A stretch of DNA of 55,949 bases, counting the filler, from Circinaria calcarea (lineage: Eukaryota), in the NCBI GenBank assembly GCA_051942165.1. It is 4 parts of 4 records of this genome, joined end to end, with 100 filler letters (N's around TTAATTAATTAA, not from the genome) between each part and the next. Parts side by side here need not be neighbours in the genome. Positions count along the whole stretch, not along the records: positions 14,065 to 27,975 come from JAVECS010000466.1; positions 28,076 to 41,969 come from JAVECS010000467.1; 2 more parts are not named here. One strand, 5' to 3'. Below, piece by piece: positions 20,450 through 32,013 of this stretch. The position numbers and the translations under genes were made by a program. The notes beneath the pieces were generated by a model. That model was not told the DNA's origin. It did not search any database and saw nothing but the letters and a program-made list of their open reading frames with translations. Within the stretch, counting starts at the first letter, position 1. Each line of letters opens with the position of its first letter.

Positions 20450-21700
20450 ATGAGACTCCTCTTCACCAGTACTCTTTCGGGGGAAGAAGGAGTTCTTCAA
20501 ACCAGTTTCCACGCCACCGAATCCTATATCGCTGTCGGCCTCAGCGACCGCTCCATCCACGTCCTTTCCACCGACGGCACACACCTACAGACCTTTACCG
20601 ATCCCTACCATCCCGTCTGGTCCCTTGTCATCTGCAACGATGTCATCCTCATCGGCAGTGTGGACGGCGTCCTACGCGCCTACGACATATCATCGGGGTG
20701 CCTGCTCCCTTCCATCGGCTCAGGAATCACTCCACACTGACTTCTACCCCGGTCAGCTCACTTCTGCACACCGTTACGGGCCCTGCTTCGCGTATCTGCG
20801 CCCTCGTGATCCCTTTTTCTTCTGCCCCTCTCTCTGTCCTCGCAGCGACGGATGACGGTTGTATCCGGCTGTGGGATATGCATACGAACATTTGCGTACG
20901 CACATTCGGGGATGGTCATAGCAGCAGTGTCTTTGATATGCAGCTGTGTGGCGACACGCTGTTATCGGCGTCGTATGAGGGCACAATGTGTGTGTGGGAA
21001 TTGCATTCGGGGCGGAGGATCCACACATTGGGGCCGGGCAAGGGGTCATTGCATGCACTTGCGGTTGGAATGGGGAGGGTGGTTACTGGGTATCGGGATG
21101 GGAAGGTGAGAGTTTGGGACTTGGGTGACCGGTTAAGTGATTTTCTTGGAATCTTTTGGCGTTTCCTCTACTTACCGTTCCTTGTACACGCCCCTACTGT
21201 CCCTTGCCTTTGTTCGTTGAGCGACGTACTCATGCTCTTCTAGGTCCGAACTGGCGGTTCTGGAAGCACACGACCGGGTGGTGAACGGGCTCCGATTCCA
21301 TGGCGACCTTTTGGTTAGTACGGGCACCGACGGCTGGGTAAAGGTATGGTCAGTGGATTCGTACCAACTCATCCGGAGTGTGAAACTGTATGACCATGCT
21401 GTTGTGGCGAGGAGTATGCTGGGAGGGATCATTGTGACTGGAGGCAAGGACGGAAGCGGGGATGAGAACGTGTGTGGTTTGGACTCGAGAGTGCGGGCTT
21501 GGACGGTAGATCAAAAAGATGATGGGTCCGTACAAGAGATTGGAACGCCAGCGGTGATGGTCTGGGATGTAGCTTATATCCAACACATGGTAATCGTCTC
21601 TGCGTGCAGGAGGGGCAAACCAACGGTTGAAGTATGGGATTTTGAATCAGGAGAGCTCGAATCGAACAGGGTGCGCTCCAAAACCGATGGCGGTAACTAG
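20450..21700 (+). CDS. Stand-alone WD40-repeat protein; exons 20450-20697, 20757-21131, 21244-21700
   Basis: About seven WD-like repeats (GSVDGVLRAYD, DGCIRLWD, EGTMCVWE, DGKVRVWD, DGWVKVWS, DSRVRAWT, VEVWD); both introns restore the frame; no F-box or other domain. Confidence 0.8.
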
Positions 21701-22265
21701 AATCTATCCCTGAAAGCAATTTCAGACATGCCCATGTCCTCTTACAATTCGATAAGGTATCTCTCAAGCGTTTATACCATATAGATGGTGCCATCTCCCA
21801 GTGATAGACAAACCGTTCTGAACTCGGCCTATTTTCTGCTAGAATTCGGGCACAGCAGAGAACTTATGCTGGGACAGCTAATTAGCGCCTTTGAAATTAC
21901 GACACTTATTACACCATGAATATTATTAATGATTGTCGATCGGAGAGGGAAAAATCAAATGAGGAGGTAGTTGGGAATTATAAACGAAACCGGCTTTAGC
22001 CGCAGTAACGAATAATTTCCTTCGATGGCAAACGATTAAAATTAATACAATGGGGGCCAGATCGTTGGTTAAAAATTAATTATGCCTCCCACACCTTTTC
22101 TACCCGGGCACAGCAAGCGAAGCCCGTAACACATCCTATTCGACTGTTAGCTTTCACCGTGTTGAATTTCTTTTACTAATCTACCCTATGCGTTGAGTTC
22201 ACAGCCCACAGTATTTACATGCCGCCGACACCTTACCCGATGCAAAATCTATCATCGCTATGAAA

Positions 22266-23331
22266 TCACCAACCCCGGCCCTGCATCTTATCCGCCTCGG
22301 GCATCGCTCCACAGTTTATACCCACCATCGCATCTCCGAGATCAGTACTGCACTCCGCCAATATTTTGGCATCCTTGAAGTGAGTCACCGCCTGTACAAT
22401 GGCCTTGGCCCTCTTCCGTGCGTCTCCGCTCTTGAAGACTCCACTGCCCACGAACACACCATCACATCCCAATTGCATCATCAATGCCGCGTCCGCTGGT
22501 GTTGCCACGCCACCAGCTGCGAAATTTACAACGGGCAGCCTCTTTAACTTGGCCGTCTCTTTTAGGAGATCGAATGGTGCCCCTATCTCCTTGGCCATGA
22601 CCCTTAATTCCATGTCACTCATGTTTGCCGCTTTATTTATCTCCGAGGTAACAGCACGCATGTGTTTCACGGCTTCAATGACGTCTCCGGTGCCAGCCTC
22701 ACCTTTCGTACGTATCATTGCCGCGCCCTCGGATATGCGACGGAGGGCTTCGCCGAGGTTCCTGCAGCCGCAGACAAAGGGGACCCGGAAGGGGTGTTTC
22801 TCGACGTGGTGAACAGCGTCGGCAGGTGTGAGAACTTCGGATTCATCAATGTAGTCAACACCTAGGGCTTCAAGGATCTGAGCGAATCGAAGCGGTCAGC
22901 TTGCGAATTGAACGCTGGGTAACGAAGCAACATTCTGCGTACCTGGCATTCAACAAAGTGTCCTATCCGTGCTTTGGCCATGACAGGTATGGTGACGGTC
23001 TCCATAATCTCTTTAATCATCTTCGGGTCTGACATGCGGGCAACGCCACCTTGAGCACGGATATCCGCGGGCACACGCTCAAGAGCCATAACGGCGCAGG
23101 CACCTGCCTCTTCTGCTATTCTTGCCTGAGATAGATCACAGTAAGTCAGTCACCAACAGCTAAGAGGTTGTGATGCAAGAGAATTGGTACCTGCTCTGCA
23201 TTGACGACATCCATTATGACTCCACCCTTCAACATCTGCGCCAATCCTGTTTTGACGGTAAAGTTTGTAGAGCCACCATTACTGTCGGCCTGTGGGCCGT
23301 GGCCATTTATGGGAGCGGAGTCATTGATCAT
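22266..23331 (-). CDS. PDX1: Pyridoxal 5'-phosphate synthase, synthase subunit (PDX1/SNZ1/pyroA); exons 23331-23191, 23125-22943, 22877-22266
   Basis: [67 protein letters not shown]-terminal RGW; two GT-AG introns. Confidence 0.97.
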
Positions 23332-23840
23332 ATTGAATGAAGAAAAACAATGAACCTGGGATCTAGTAATGTGCAATTGCTTTGTGGACCTAGGAGATTT
23401 TGGTAAGACTTGAATATCTTAAGGTATGGAACCTTCCGCGGGTATGTTGGGAAAGGAGGAGACAAAAGATGAGGGTAAATGTAACAAGACTCGAAGATGT
23501 TGCATGAGGTTGAACTGGTAAAAGAGAGTGTTCAGAGCAATGATGACTCTTACTTTAGTAGAATTTAGTTCCCCGCCCAGAGAATGGAAAGACGGGGGCC
23601 GATTTTCCTGCATCGGCACATGGGATAGATTGTCGCGTAATCAGCCGCCGCTAAGTCATCCCCGTGGACCCCTGACAACGTGGTCCAAGCGTTAGTGATG
23701 TCAACGTCAATGTGGAATAACGGGGCACCGTCCACTCCAGCCGAGTCTATTGCCTGGACAAAAGAACCTGTCGACCACGCGCAATCGCCATATCCATTCA
23801 ATTCAATACTCTCATCACATAAGCGACAACAGTAGCTGAT

Positions 23841-24467
23841 ATGGCATCCCTATATCTCCTCCGTCGGCCTTTTCTAGGCCCCCTCTCCATCGGCCTCGGC
23901 TTCACAACGGCGTTCGCAGCCCAAACAATGTGCAGACCACGCCCCCTGTTATGTGAAAGTGCAGCGGCGCAATTATCAAGTACATTCAACACATACACAA
24001 AGGAAGCGAAAGTACCGGTAGTACGGAATGGCAGGCCAAACCCTGCGGCTTACAAGCAGATAAGTAGTGGGAGTATACTAGGTACGTGCGGCGCCGTAAA
24101 GAGAAGGGAGGATGTTTACACAAGTGGCCTGGGCATATTTTTAGAGGAGGACGCTGAATAAACTTGGTAGGATTGTTGGGAGGACTGGCTGTAAGCACGT
24201 TTTCGAAAACGTTAGCTTTTCTTTTTGGCTTGATGGTCTTTGGAATACAGGTAAGCTTGAAGCCGTCCAGCTGTGATAGAAAACCTAGATGTCTGACGCA
24301 ATCTGTTGAAGTTTGCGGCATCAAGAGGACTGAATATACTACCGACAAGAAAGCTCCAAAGGTATATAAAGAGTATTGATCTGCGGTCGGCGGTGGAGGA
24401 CAACGTTGCGTTCAAGTTGAGTTTTGGCGCCTCCTTTGCACTCGCGGCTTTTGCCTCCTTTGATTAG
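23841..24467 (+). CDS. FUN14-family mitochondrial membrane protein; exons 23841-24081, 24171-24250, 24312-24467
   Basis: Presequence-like N-terminus; QISSGSILGLLGGLAVSTFSKTLA and NVAFKLSFGASFALAAF match the FUN14 pattern; intron phases are consistent. Confidence 0.8.
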
Positions 24468-26147
24468 TCCAGCACGTCGAAATGTATGCATAAACCAAAC
24501 AACTGCGAATCGCTCAGTTCATGCGATTACCCTGAGGTAACAGAGATCCAATATCACTATACCATTTGGGCTATAGGGATGCTCTTTAGCGTGGGCCGCC
24601 AGCTTTTCTCAGTGGGAAATCTTGGTCAGCAGGTATCACACATGAGTACATCAGTCGGAATACACCAACAATCGCCGACAGGAATAGTCGGGAGGAAAAT
24701 CATCGTATCCGTGGTCATTAGCTTCGTTAGTGAAATGCAGGAAAAGGTTGTTTCAGTAATCTCCAATTACTGAATCAATCAAATGACATCGATAAGCTAC
24801 CCGAGCTCTCCCAACAGAGAGAACTTTCTTCGTTGGAACGTTAGGTACTACGGATCTCGCCGTCACCACCTGAGGAGAGGTATCGGGATGCAACAAGACA
24901 TCAGTTCAATGGTCATGAAAATGCCAGCTCGATTGGAAGGCCATATCATCAACTTGTCGTTCTGTCTGACGTTGGAAGCGCCAAGACGTTGGAAGCGCCA
25001 AGAAGCAATTCAAAGTACTTGTCGTCCATTAATACTTGCAAGAATGTATGTGGTAAAATCACCAAGAGAGCATTCGAAAAGTGATCCTCTGACAGGCACA
25101 CCAGATGGAGCACGTGCTCTTTCAACATATCTTAAGCATATCAGAGTCTCGTTACTTGTGAACGGTGGGGTCAAGTGTTGGGTTGGTCGTAAGCCTCCAG
25201 TGGCTTTGGGCCAGTGACCATGCCGCAGTAGTGTATACTGCAGGCTAGTACCTATGGTAGTAGTGTATTCCCTGGGGAACACCCTGAAATGGGCTATACG
25301 GAGGTAAGTTGCAAATAGTAATCGCAAAGAGTGTGAAATTGCGACTTTCCGATCTAATATGCGTTGCTTGAAAAGCAGTTCACCTACAACAGTAAACTTT
25401 CATGGTATTAGCATGCAAAATGTATACTCCATAAATAGGCATGGTGGTAGCATCAGTGTGTATAGACATGACATCAATACTGCCAAAGCCGAGTGTTGTG
25501 TATGTCGAGCCACCTAAGTATATAACGACAATCCACATATAAAGATAGCATGTTCAGCACCTAGCATATTCATATGGAGGTTGTACTGAACTTTGAATCA
25601 AGGTACCTAGACTTGTCGCTTATGCATGCATCAAGCATTCGGGGGGATCGACGCTTATGCAACGGATATCTTGCATTAGCTTGGCGAAAGTCTAAAGGCA
25701 CATCCTTCGCTTGTTCAGTCATAGTCAACCTCTCCGAGGTCTGTACGGAGTTTGCTACTGGGTGCTTGAAGAGCTCGTATCGATAGATACTAAGCTGCAT
25801 ACATAATCTCCTTCCTCCATCAGCACGATTACCGTGTATGTTCCAAGATCTCCAGAGTCATTAGTCAAGTTGTATTTGAGCGCGAGTAATAAGTAGTATT
25901 CTTACACCGCTATGCTTTATAAATTTCTTGAGGCGGAGGGAGGTAGTTTCCTTCCTTACTACCAGCGCTTCCCAATGCGGAAGTTACATTCACTATTATT
26001 TCAAGCACCACCTTTCTGATTTCAACCACTATGAAGGCGCCTCAGAATTATGTTGGATTGTCTGGCCTCATATACATCTAAGGAATCCACCTCCTCAGCA
26101 CTAGGCCATCTTCTATATACAGCATCCGCCTGTGCCTGTACTACATA

Positions 26148-27645
26148 ATGTACAGTGTGCTCACTCCAGCTCAGCAGTCAGAGCGTTTCCTTTCTGTACC
26201 AACGGACAGTCCTTCTAGATCTTCTACGCCGGCTGAGAGCATTGCTCAGGTATCCCAGCGAGAGAAACCACCTCCCACGCTTCCTTTTGATGACGTTCCA
26301 AATGGGGGTTTTCATGCTTGGCTTCAAGTTGCTGGCGCTTTCTTCCTGTCGTTCAACTGTTGGTAAGTTGAAAACAAAAGTCTATGAGACAGGGCACCAA
26401 GAGTGCGATTCATCAAATGCATGGCATCACTAATGTTCCTATGGACAGGGGTATTGTAAATACTTATGGCGTCTACCAAGAATACTACGAGACCGCATTC
26501 CTTTCCTCTCGAACATCCTCGGATCTCTCTTGGATCGGAACCCTCCAAGGCTTTCTACTGTACCTGATTGGCATTCTTACCGGTCCGATCTTTGACTGCG
26601 GTCACTTTCGAACTCTGATCTCTGTGGGCACTGTTCTCGTCGTTTTCGGAATGATAATGACAAGTTTGGGCAAGAGTTACTCTCAAATCTTCCTAGCCCA
26701 AAGTGTTGTGGTAGGTCTCGGTGCAGGCTGCCTGTTTATACCCAGCATAGCGATCTGCGCGACATACTTTAGCACAAGGAGAGCTCTTGCTACTGGGATT
26801 GTGGCTTCTGGAGGTTCTATTGGTATGGCCCTCAACGTGGCCCTTTTCCGTTTTATCAGCCATGAGACTAACATTCGGTAGGTGGCGTTATCTACCCCAT
26901 CCTCTTCCGCCAGCTCCTCTCCTCCCTTGGCTTCGGCTGGGCAACACGTGCCATTGCTTTAATCGCACTAGTCACATTGGCTTTCAGCCTCGCCGTGATG
27001 AGAACACGGCTTCCACCTCCCGAGCAATCCCGCGCCCTGCTCGAACTCGGTGCCTTCCAGGAACCACCCTACATCCTCTTCAGTTTTGGCTTATTTTTCA
27101 CCTTCATTGGCCTCTATTTTCCCTTCTTCTACATCAGCGTTTACGGCTCCCGCATCCTCGGACTGAATGACGACTCCGCGTTTTACCTCGTCCCGATCTT
27201 AAACGGCGCCTCGGTTCTTGGCCGCATAATCGCCGGCCTGGTGGCTGACAGAACCGGCTCCCTCAATATCCTCATTCCATGTGCGATCGTCTGCGCCATC
27301 TTGGTCCTGTCCTGGCTCTCTATCTCCAGCCCCGCAGGCATCGTCGTCTTTGCCCTTTTCTACGGCTTCTCCTCCGGCGCTGTAACTTCTCTGCCCTCTA
27401 CCGTCATTGCAGCCCTATCCCCCGATCTCCATCGCGTAGGAACCCGCATAGGGATGGGCTTTGCGTTTTCGGGGTTCGGCTTGCTTATCGGGAGTCCCAT
27501 TGCCGGCGCCATCATGAATGCAGATCCGAACGGAAGATTTGGCGGCGGGGAGGGATTCAGCGCGGCCATGGTAATGGTGGGTGCGGCTTTGTTTCTCGCG
27601 GTACGGCTTTTGAAGTTGAGGAGTAAGGAATCCTGGAGATTGTGA
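26148..27645 (+). CDS. MFS transporter, monocarboxylate porter (MCH/Mch5-like) family; exons 26148-26362, 26449-26822, 26882-27645
   Basis: PNGGFHAWLQV..F....WGIVNTYGVYQ, SWIGTLQ, YFSTRRALATGI..SG...GGVIYP, GRIIAGLVADRTG; multiple hydrophobic segments. Confidence 0.92.
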
Positions 27646-27975
27646 GGAGGGAGTCCGGGTGACTTTTAATACGAGTATATATAGGTGTGTACCACCCACA
27701 TCTCCGTTTGGGAATATAGTCTCCCCTGGGGATAAAAGAAAGAGAAGGAGGATATAGGAGCTCCTTTGTACGAAATGCGCAAAAACATTCAATATTCAAA
27801 TCCGTGCAGCCCAGAGTCCGTTCCGGGATTCCGGACACATTAAGATTAACTTAGATAAGCTCCTCTGTATGGATAACGGGCACCAACCCCATTACTCTCA
27901 CTCGACCTTCACAAATCAATTCATCTCCTTCATCTATAAAACTTCCACTCCCTTGAAATCCCTTCCCCCCTTTCC

Positions 27976-28075
27976 NNNNNNNNNNNNNNNNNNNNNNNNN
28001 NNNNNNNNNNNNNNNNNNNTTAATTAATTAANNNNNNNNNNNNNNNNNNNNNNNNNNNNNNNNNNNNNNNNNNNN
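27976..28075. other. Artificial scaffold spacer
   Basis: 44 N + TTAATTAATTAA + 44 N. Confidence 0.97.
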
Positions 28076-29274
28076 GTGGGAGAGTGTGACCGGAAGGGTA
28101 TTTTTGGGTGGCAGTGGTGGTGACGAGGAGCTGGTGAGGGAGGGAGGGGCGTAGGTGGGAAGGAGATTGGTTGGAGGGTTGGTGGAAGAGAAGGAGGACG
28201 TGTGAGATGTTATGGCGAGAGCGAGTTCGTGGGCGGAGGCTGTGGAAGGGTGGGTGAGGTGGATTAGCGCGGTGAGTGTTTTTGGTGGAAGGTGCGGGAA
28301 GTCTTGGGCTAGTTCGCAGGAGTGGGCTTGGATGATGGGGTCGCTGGATTCGATGTAAGGGTTTGTGAGGGAGTCGGAGGCGCAGAGGGCAAGGAGGGTG
28401 GAGCGGAGAGAAGCGCCGGATTTGTGGTACATGGATGTTACGGCTTGAGGGGTGAGATAAGTGCGCTGGGTGATGAAGTCGACATCTTGCTTTGCGAGGT
28501 CCCATTTGCTGAGTGTGGGACTGTTGGGGGCGTTCTCCGAAAGGGGTGCAGGCGTGGATGAACAGCGCCGAGCCAAGGGGGCCTTTTTGCGCTTTTTGCG
28601 TTTGGTTTTACGGCTCTGGCGGGTATCATCGTGGTCCATGAAGGCGTCGATACCGCGGGGGAAGAGATGAGGGGAGGTTATTTGTTCTTCCGAGAGGAAG
28701 ACTTGGTTTAGTAGTTCTTCGACTGTTTTGCCGAAATCGTTTTTGCATTTCCGCAGCGCGAAGGAGATGTCGAAGAGCTTGAGCTCTGGGAACATCTCGC
28801 AGAGGAGAGCTTCCTTGTCTTCTGTTGACAGGTCGTCGAGGCTCAGGTCATACCCTTCACCTTCGAGTTCAGACGCGCTTGCGCCATCGATCCCCGTGGA
28901 CTCCAAACTCTGCGAGATACTCGTCAAGTCCGTCTCTTCTGTTCCCAATCGCGCATCCCCATGCCATGACTGCGCCCTGTCCGGCGATGCATGTGCGCTG
29001 ACGCTTTCATGTTGCCTGCTGCTTCCCGACGGATCGAACGCTGTGCTCTCCTCAGCTTCCGCGCTTTCCTTCAGAGCATCCAAGGTCAAACGTACCTCAC
29101 TGAGGGAGTCGCCTTCCGTGAGATCATAGTCTGAGACTATTGCGAAGAAAAGCGCGGAATCGAGAGGAGGGCAGTATGTTTTCTATAGAAGACACACGCA
29201 GCAGTTAGTGATTATGCGTCATATGGATGGCGCCAACAAGTCCTCACTTCTAGTTGCGGTATTAAATTATTCAT
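28076..29274 (-). CDS. CUE-domain protein, probable Cue2-like Smr endonuclease; exons 29274-29248, 29182-<28076; 3'-truncated by gap
   Basis: YCPPLDSALFFAIVSDYD N-terminus and CUE-like LCEMFPEL....ISFALRKCKNDFGKTVEELLN, LAQDFP motifs. The Smr domain is not visible and would lie beyond the gap. Confidence 0.7.
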
Positions 29275-30133
29275 GTTTGTTTCTAGGCCCTCAAGGACAT
29301 CCATCGAGAGGCTTTACAAGTAAAGGGAATTTGGTCTTGTTGTCTGTTCTAGTGCTGCCTTCTAGGATCATGACGATGTTAAGATCTCAAGTGTGCGGGA
29401 CGGCGGTCGCCGCCCTAATCAAAGTAAAACGCGAAAACAGATTCTACCTTGACTCTCTACATCAATTTTATAGATTTGGTTAATTAGATCTTCCAGAATC
29501 CCCTGAGAGGCACTAGAAAACTACAGGACCACCAAGAAAGTGACCGTTCTGATGGCAATTCTCATATGATGACATGAGACCTTTCTATTTGTTTTCGTCA
29601 TTCCTTATTTTCGGATTTTACAATTCTAGCATAGGAGTGTCTACGGCCCTAGTAAATCTACTGCATGAAGTTACTGTTTAGGCATCTTCTGAGCTGCTAT
29701 CCAAGGTCGTTATTGCACTCTAGCAGATGACAAAGAATCTTATAGACGCCTCTTATACCTCTTGTTGTCGATTCAGCATTGATAGCACTTTTTAAAATAC
29801 GACTAAGCTTATCAAAGGTTTTTGATGAGCAAGTTGGTTGAATTCGATTTTGATAACTCAAGCCTCATATTACCATCGGAGTGAACAAGCCCATCGAGGT
29901 CTCCTTGAGAAGTCCCAGTTGGGATCAATTGTATTCTACCCTTCAAGGTCCGTGCTTTCCTCAAAAGCTACCAGCTCGTTGGTACCTTCATCGCACCCAG
30001 CGAGTTGGGGCTCAGTCGTACCCTTTCAAGTTCCCCTTTCCCACCCTCCATATTATTTCTCCCTTTGACGTCTCTGTTTCTTACTAGTCGGTTTTAGTCC
30101 ATAGCATTTGCTGTCCATGAGCAAGGGGCCTCG

Positions 30134-31107
30134 TCATGGATTTCGCTTGGCCTGCCTTTTGCTCCCAATGGACCTCTGCTGCTTGACCAGCCAATTTCGC
30201 TCAATCGTATCTTTTAAGTCGCCAGCCAATTCTATGTATCTTGGTTGCGGCTGAAAGATCTCAGAGGTGTGACGCACCATGTCGAATTCGAACTCGAACA
30301 ACTCGACATTGGAGAGCTGTCGCAGTGGCGTCAGTATTCCGCTGTCCACCCATAGCTCCGCTGCTCGCACATTGGCCGTGTCCACTAACTTTTCGAGCTC
30401 TCCTTTTAGGTACCAATCAGAATGAACTTTTGCCTCAACCTCCATACTGAGGAATACGGAAAGCTTATCAACGAACGGTGAATTACGTAAGAGCTTTACG
30501 AATTGCTTGACTATATTTGGTCCGGGCAAGAGTCGTGTGAATCTGGCAGCTTCTTTCTCATCGATTGTAGAGTCGTCTTTGATGAACAGACCTGGTCCGA
30601 TGCTGCTAAAGTCGAAAAATGCGTCGAAGGTGATCTTCTTAAATCTAGCAAAGACGTGCGGCTCCATGAAACCGTCCATTTCGGGCTTGTCATATGCATA
30701 TCTGCCATCCTCGTTAAGGTGACCAATACCGCAAAGAGGATTGTGTCGCCACACTCTCTTCTTTGGATTTCCAATCTCGTCAGCTAGCCTATTCTGCAAA
30801 CAAACAATATCCCCAGGTCGCAGCATAATCGTGACCTCTGAGTATAGCAGCGACACAGCCTCCAAGTAGATCTGGTGGTTTGCCCGCAGAATTGCTGTAT
30901 GCATGCAACGATAACGTGAGTACGTCGGAGTCAAGTAGCGGCACGGTGTTTCCAAGAAAAGGTAGCGGTAGATGTCCAACCGAGTTTCTTTCGATTGCCA
31001 TTAGCTCCCAGTGACAGCAGCAAAAAGCGATAGACAACGATACCTGTTGGAATACGGAGAAAATGGCACGGTGCACTCGGTGGTGGTGCTGCTGCGGGAG
31101 CGGCCAT
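30134..31107 (-). CDS. Hypothetical protein with an F-box-like N-terminal motif; exons 31107-31044, 30987-30134
   Basis: Splicing intron 31043-30988 gives CHFLRIPTETRLDIYRYL...AILRANHQIYLEAVSLLY, the FLxLPxExRxxIY...ILRxxxQIxxEA pattern of expanded ascomycete F-box-like families. Confidence 0.75.
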
Positions 31108-32013
31108 ACATACCACCAAGACAGCAGGAAGGGTTCTCAGGCTCTCCTTGCATCAACGGCAATCCAATCCTCGAAAGCGACAGCTTAGAGTAGACCAGGG
31201 GTACAAGAGCCTCTGGTTAGACGTGAGGGAAATGTAATAACATCATGCTCCACACCAGGGTCACTCTTTCCGCTATCGGAACAACACCGACACCGATCGC
31301 AACGTGAATACAAGGAAAAGAAATGAATTCAACAGTTATAGTTCAATGAGTAAGAAGACATTTCCTCGCTCCCGGTGAATATGGGTGATGGTGTGGAGAG
31401 GACGACATTCACTTTCGGAGGTTGTTCGGCCATGGCAACAAGGTCAGCCCTAAGACTTAAGTGGCACGACTACTCGGCAAAGGATCTCTTCTCAAGTGAT
31501 CATACTCATAAAGCAAGCGGTAGTAGAGGAGGAGGGTCGACGGTCTCCGATGATTGGAGCCCTCGCCCATGAAGAAATATGGTTGGTAGCGACCATCTCG
31601 CAGATATGGCCAGAAAAGTGATAACTCAGAAACTACAATAAGCGTACCAGATAGAAACTCTAGACGTGACGGCGCAAACAGTACATCACTTCGAAGGGTA
31701 CCTTGACAGGAATAAGAGCAAAGGGTTGTATTCTCTGCTGTGCAAGTAAGCTAGCTATTCCACCACCACCACCGGCCGCCCCATCTAAGCCTCGTCCACT
31801 CGGCGCCCGAACACCTAGTCTACCTAGTATGCATCATGAACATCGACGGCATTACACAATCTCGCAGCGAGCATAGCCAGCAACATGGCAATCCTTTGAT
31901 TCCCTTCAACCCTGAGACTCGGGAAATTGAGATACCTGATTCACCCACAGTAGCAGATTTACGTCTCTAGAAACACGTCGTCTCTTCCCAACCCCCTGAA
32001 GCTAGCCCAATAC

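Noticed and set aside
31912..31945. TPP-riboswitch-like CTGAGA...ACCTGAT
   Set aside because: The downstream conserved elements are missing, it is antisense to the flanking genes and no thiamine gene is nearby.
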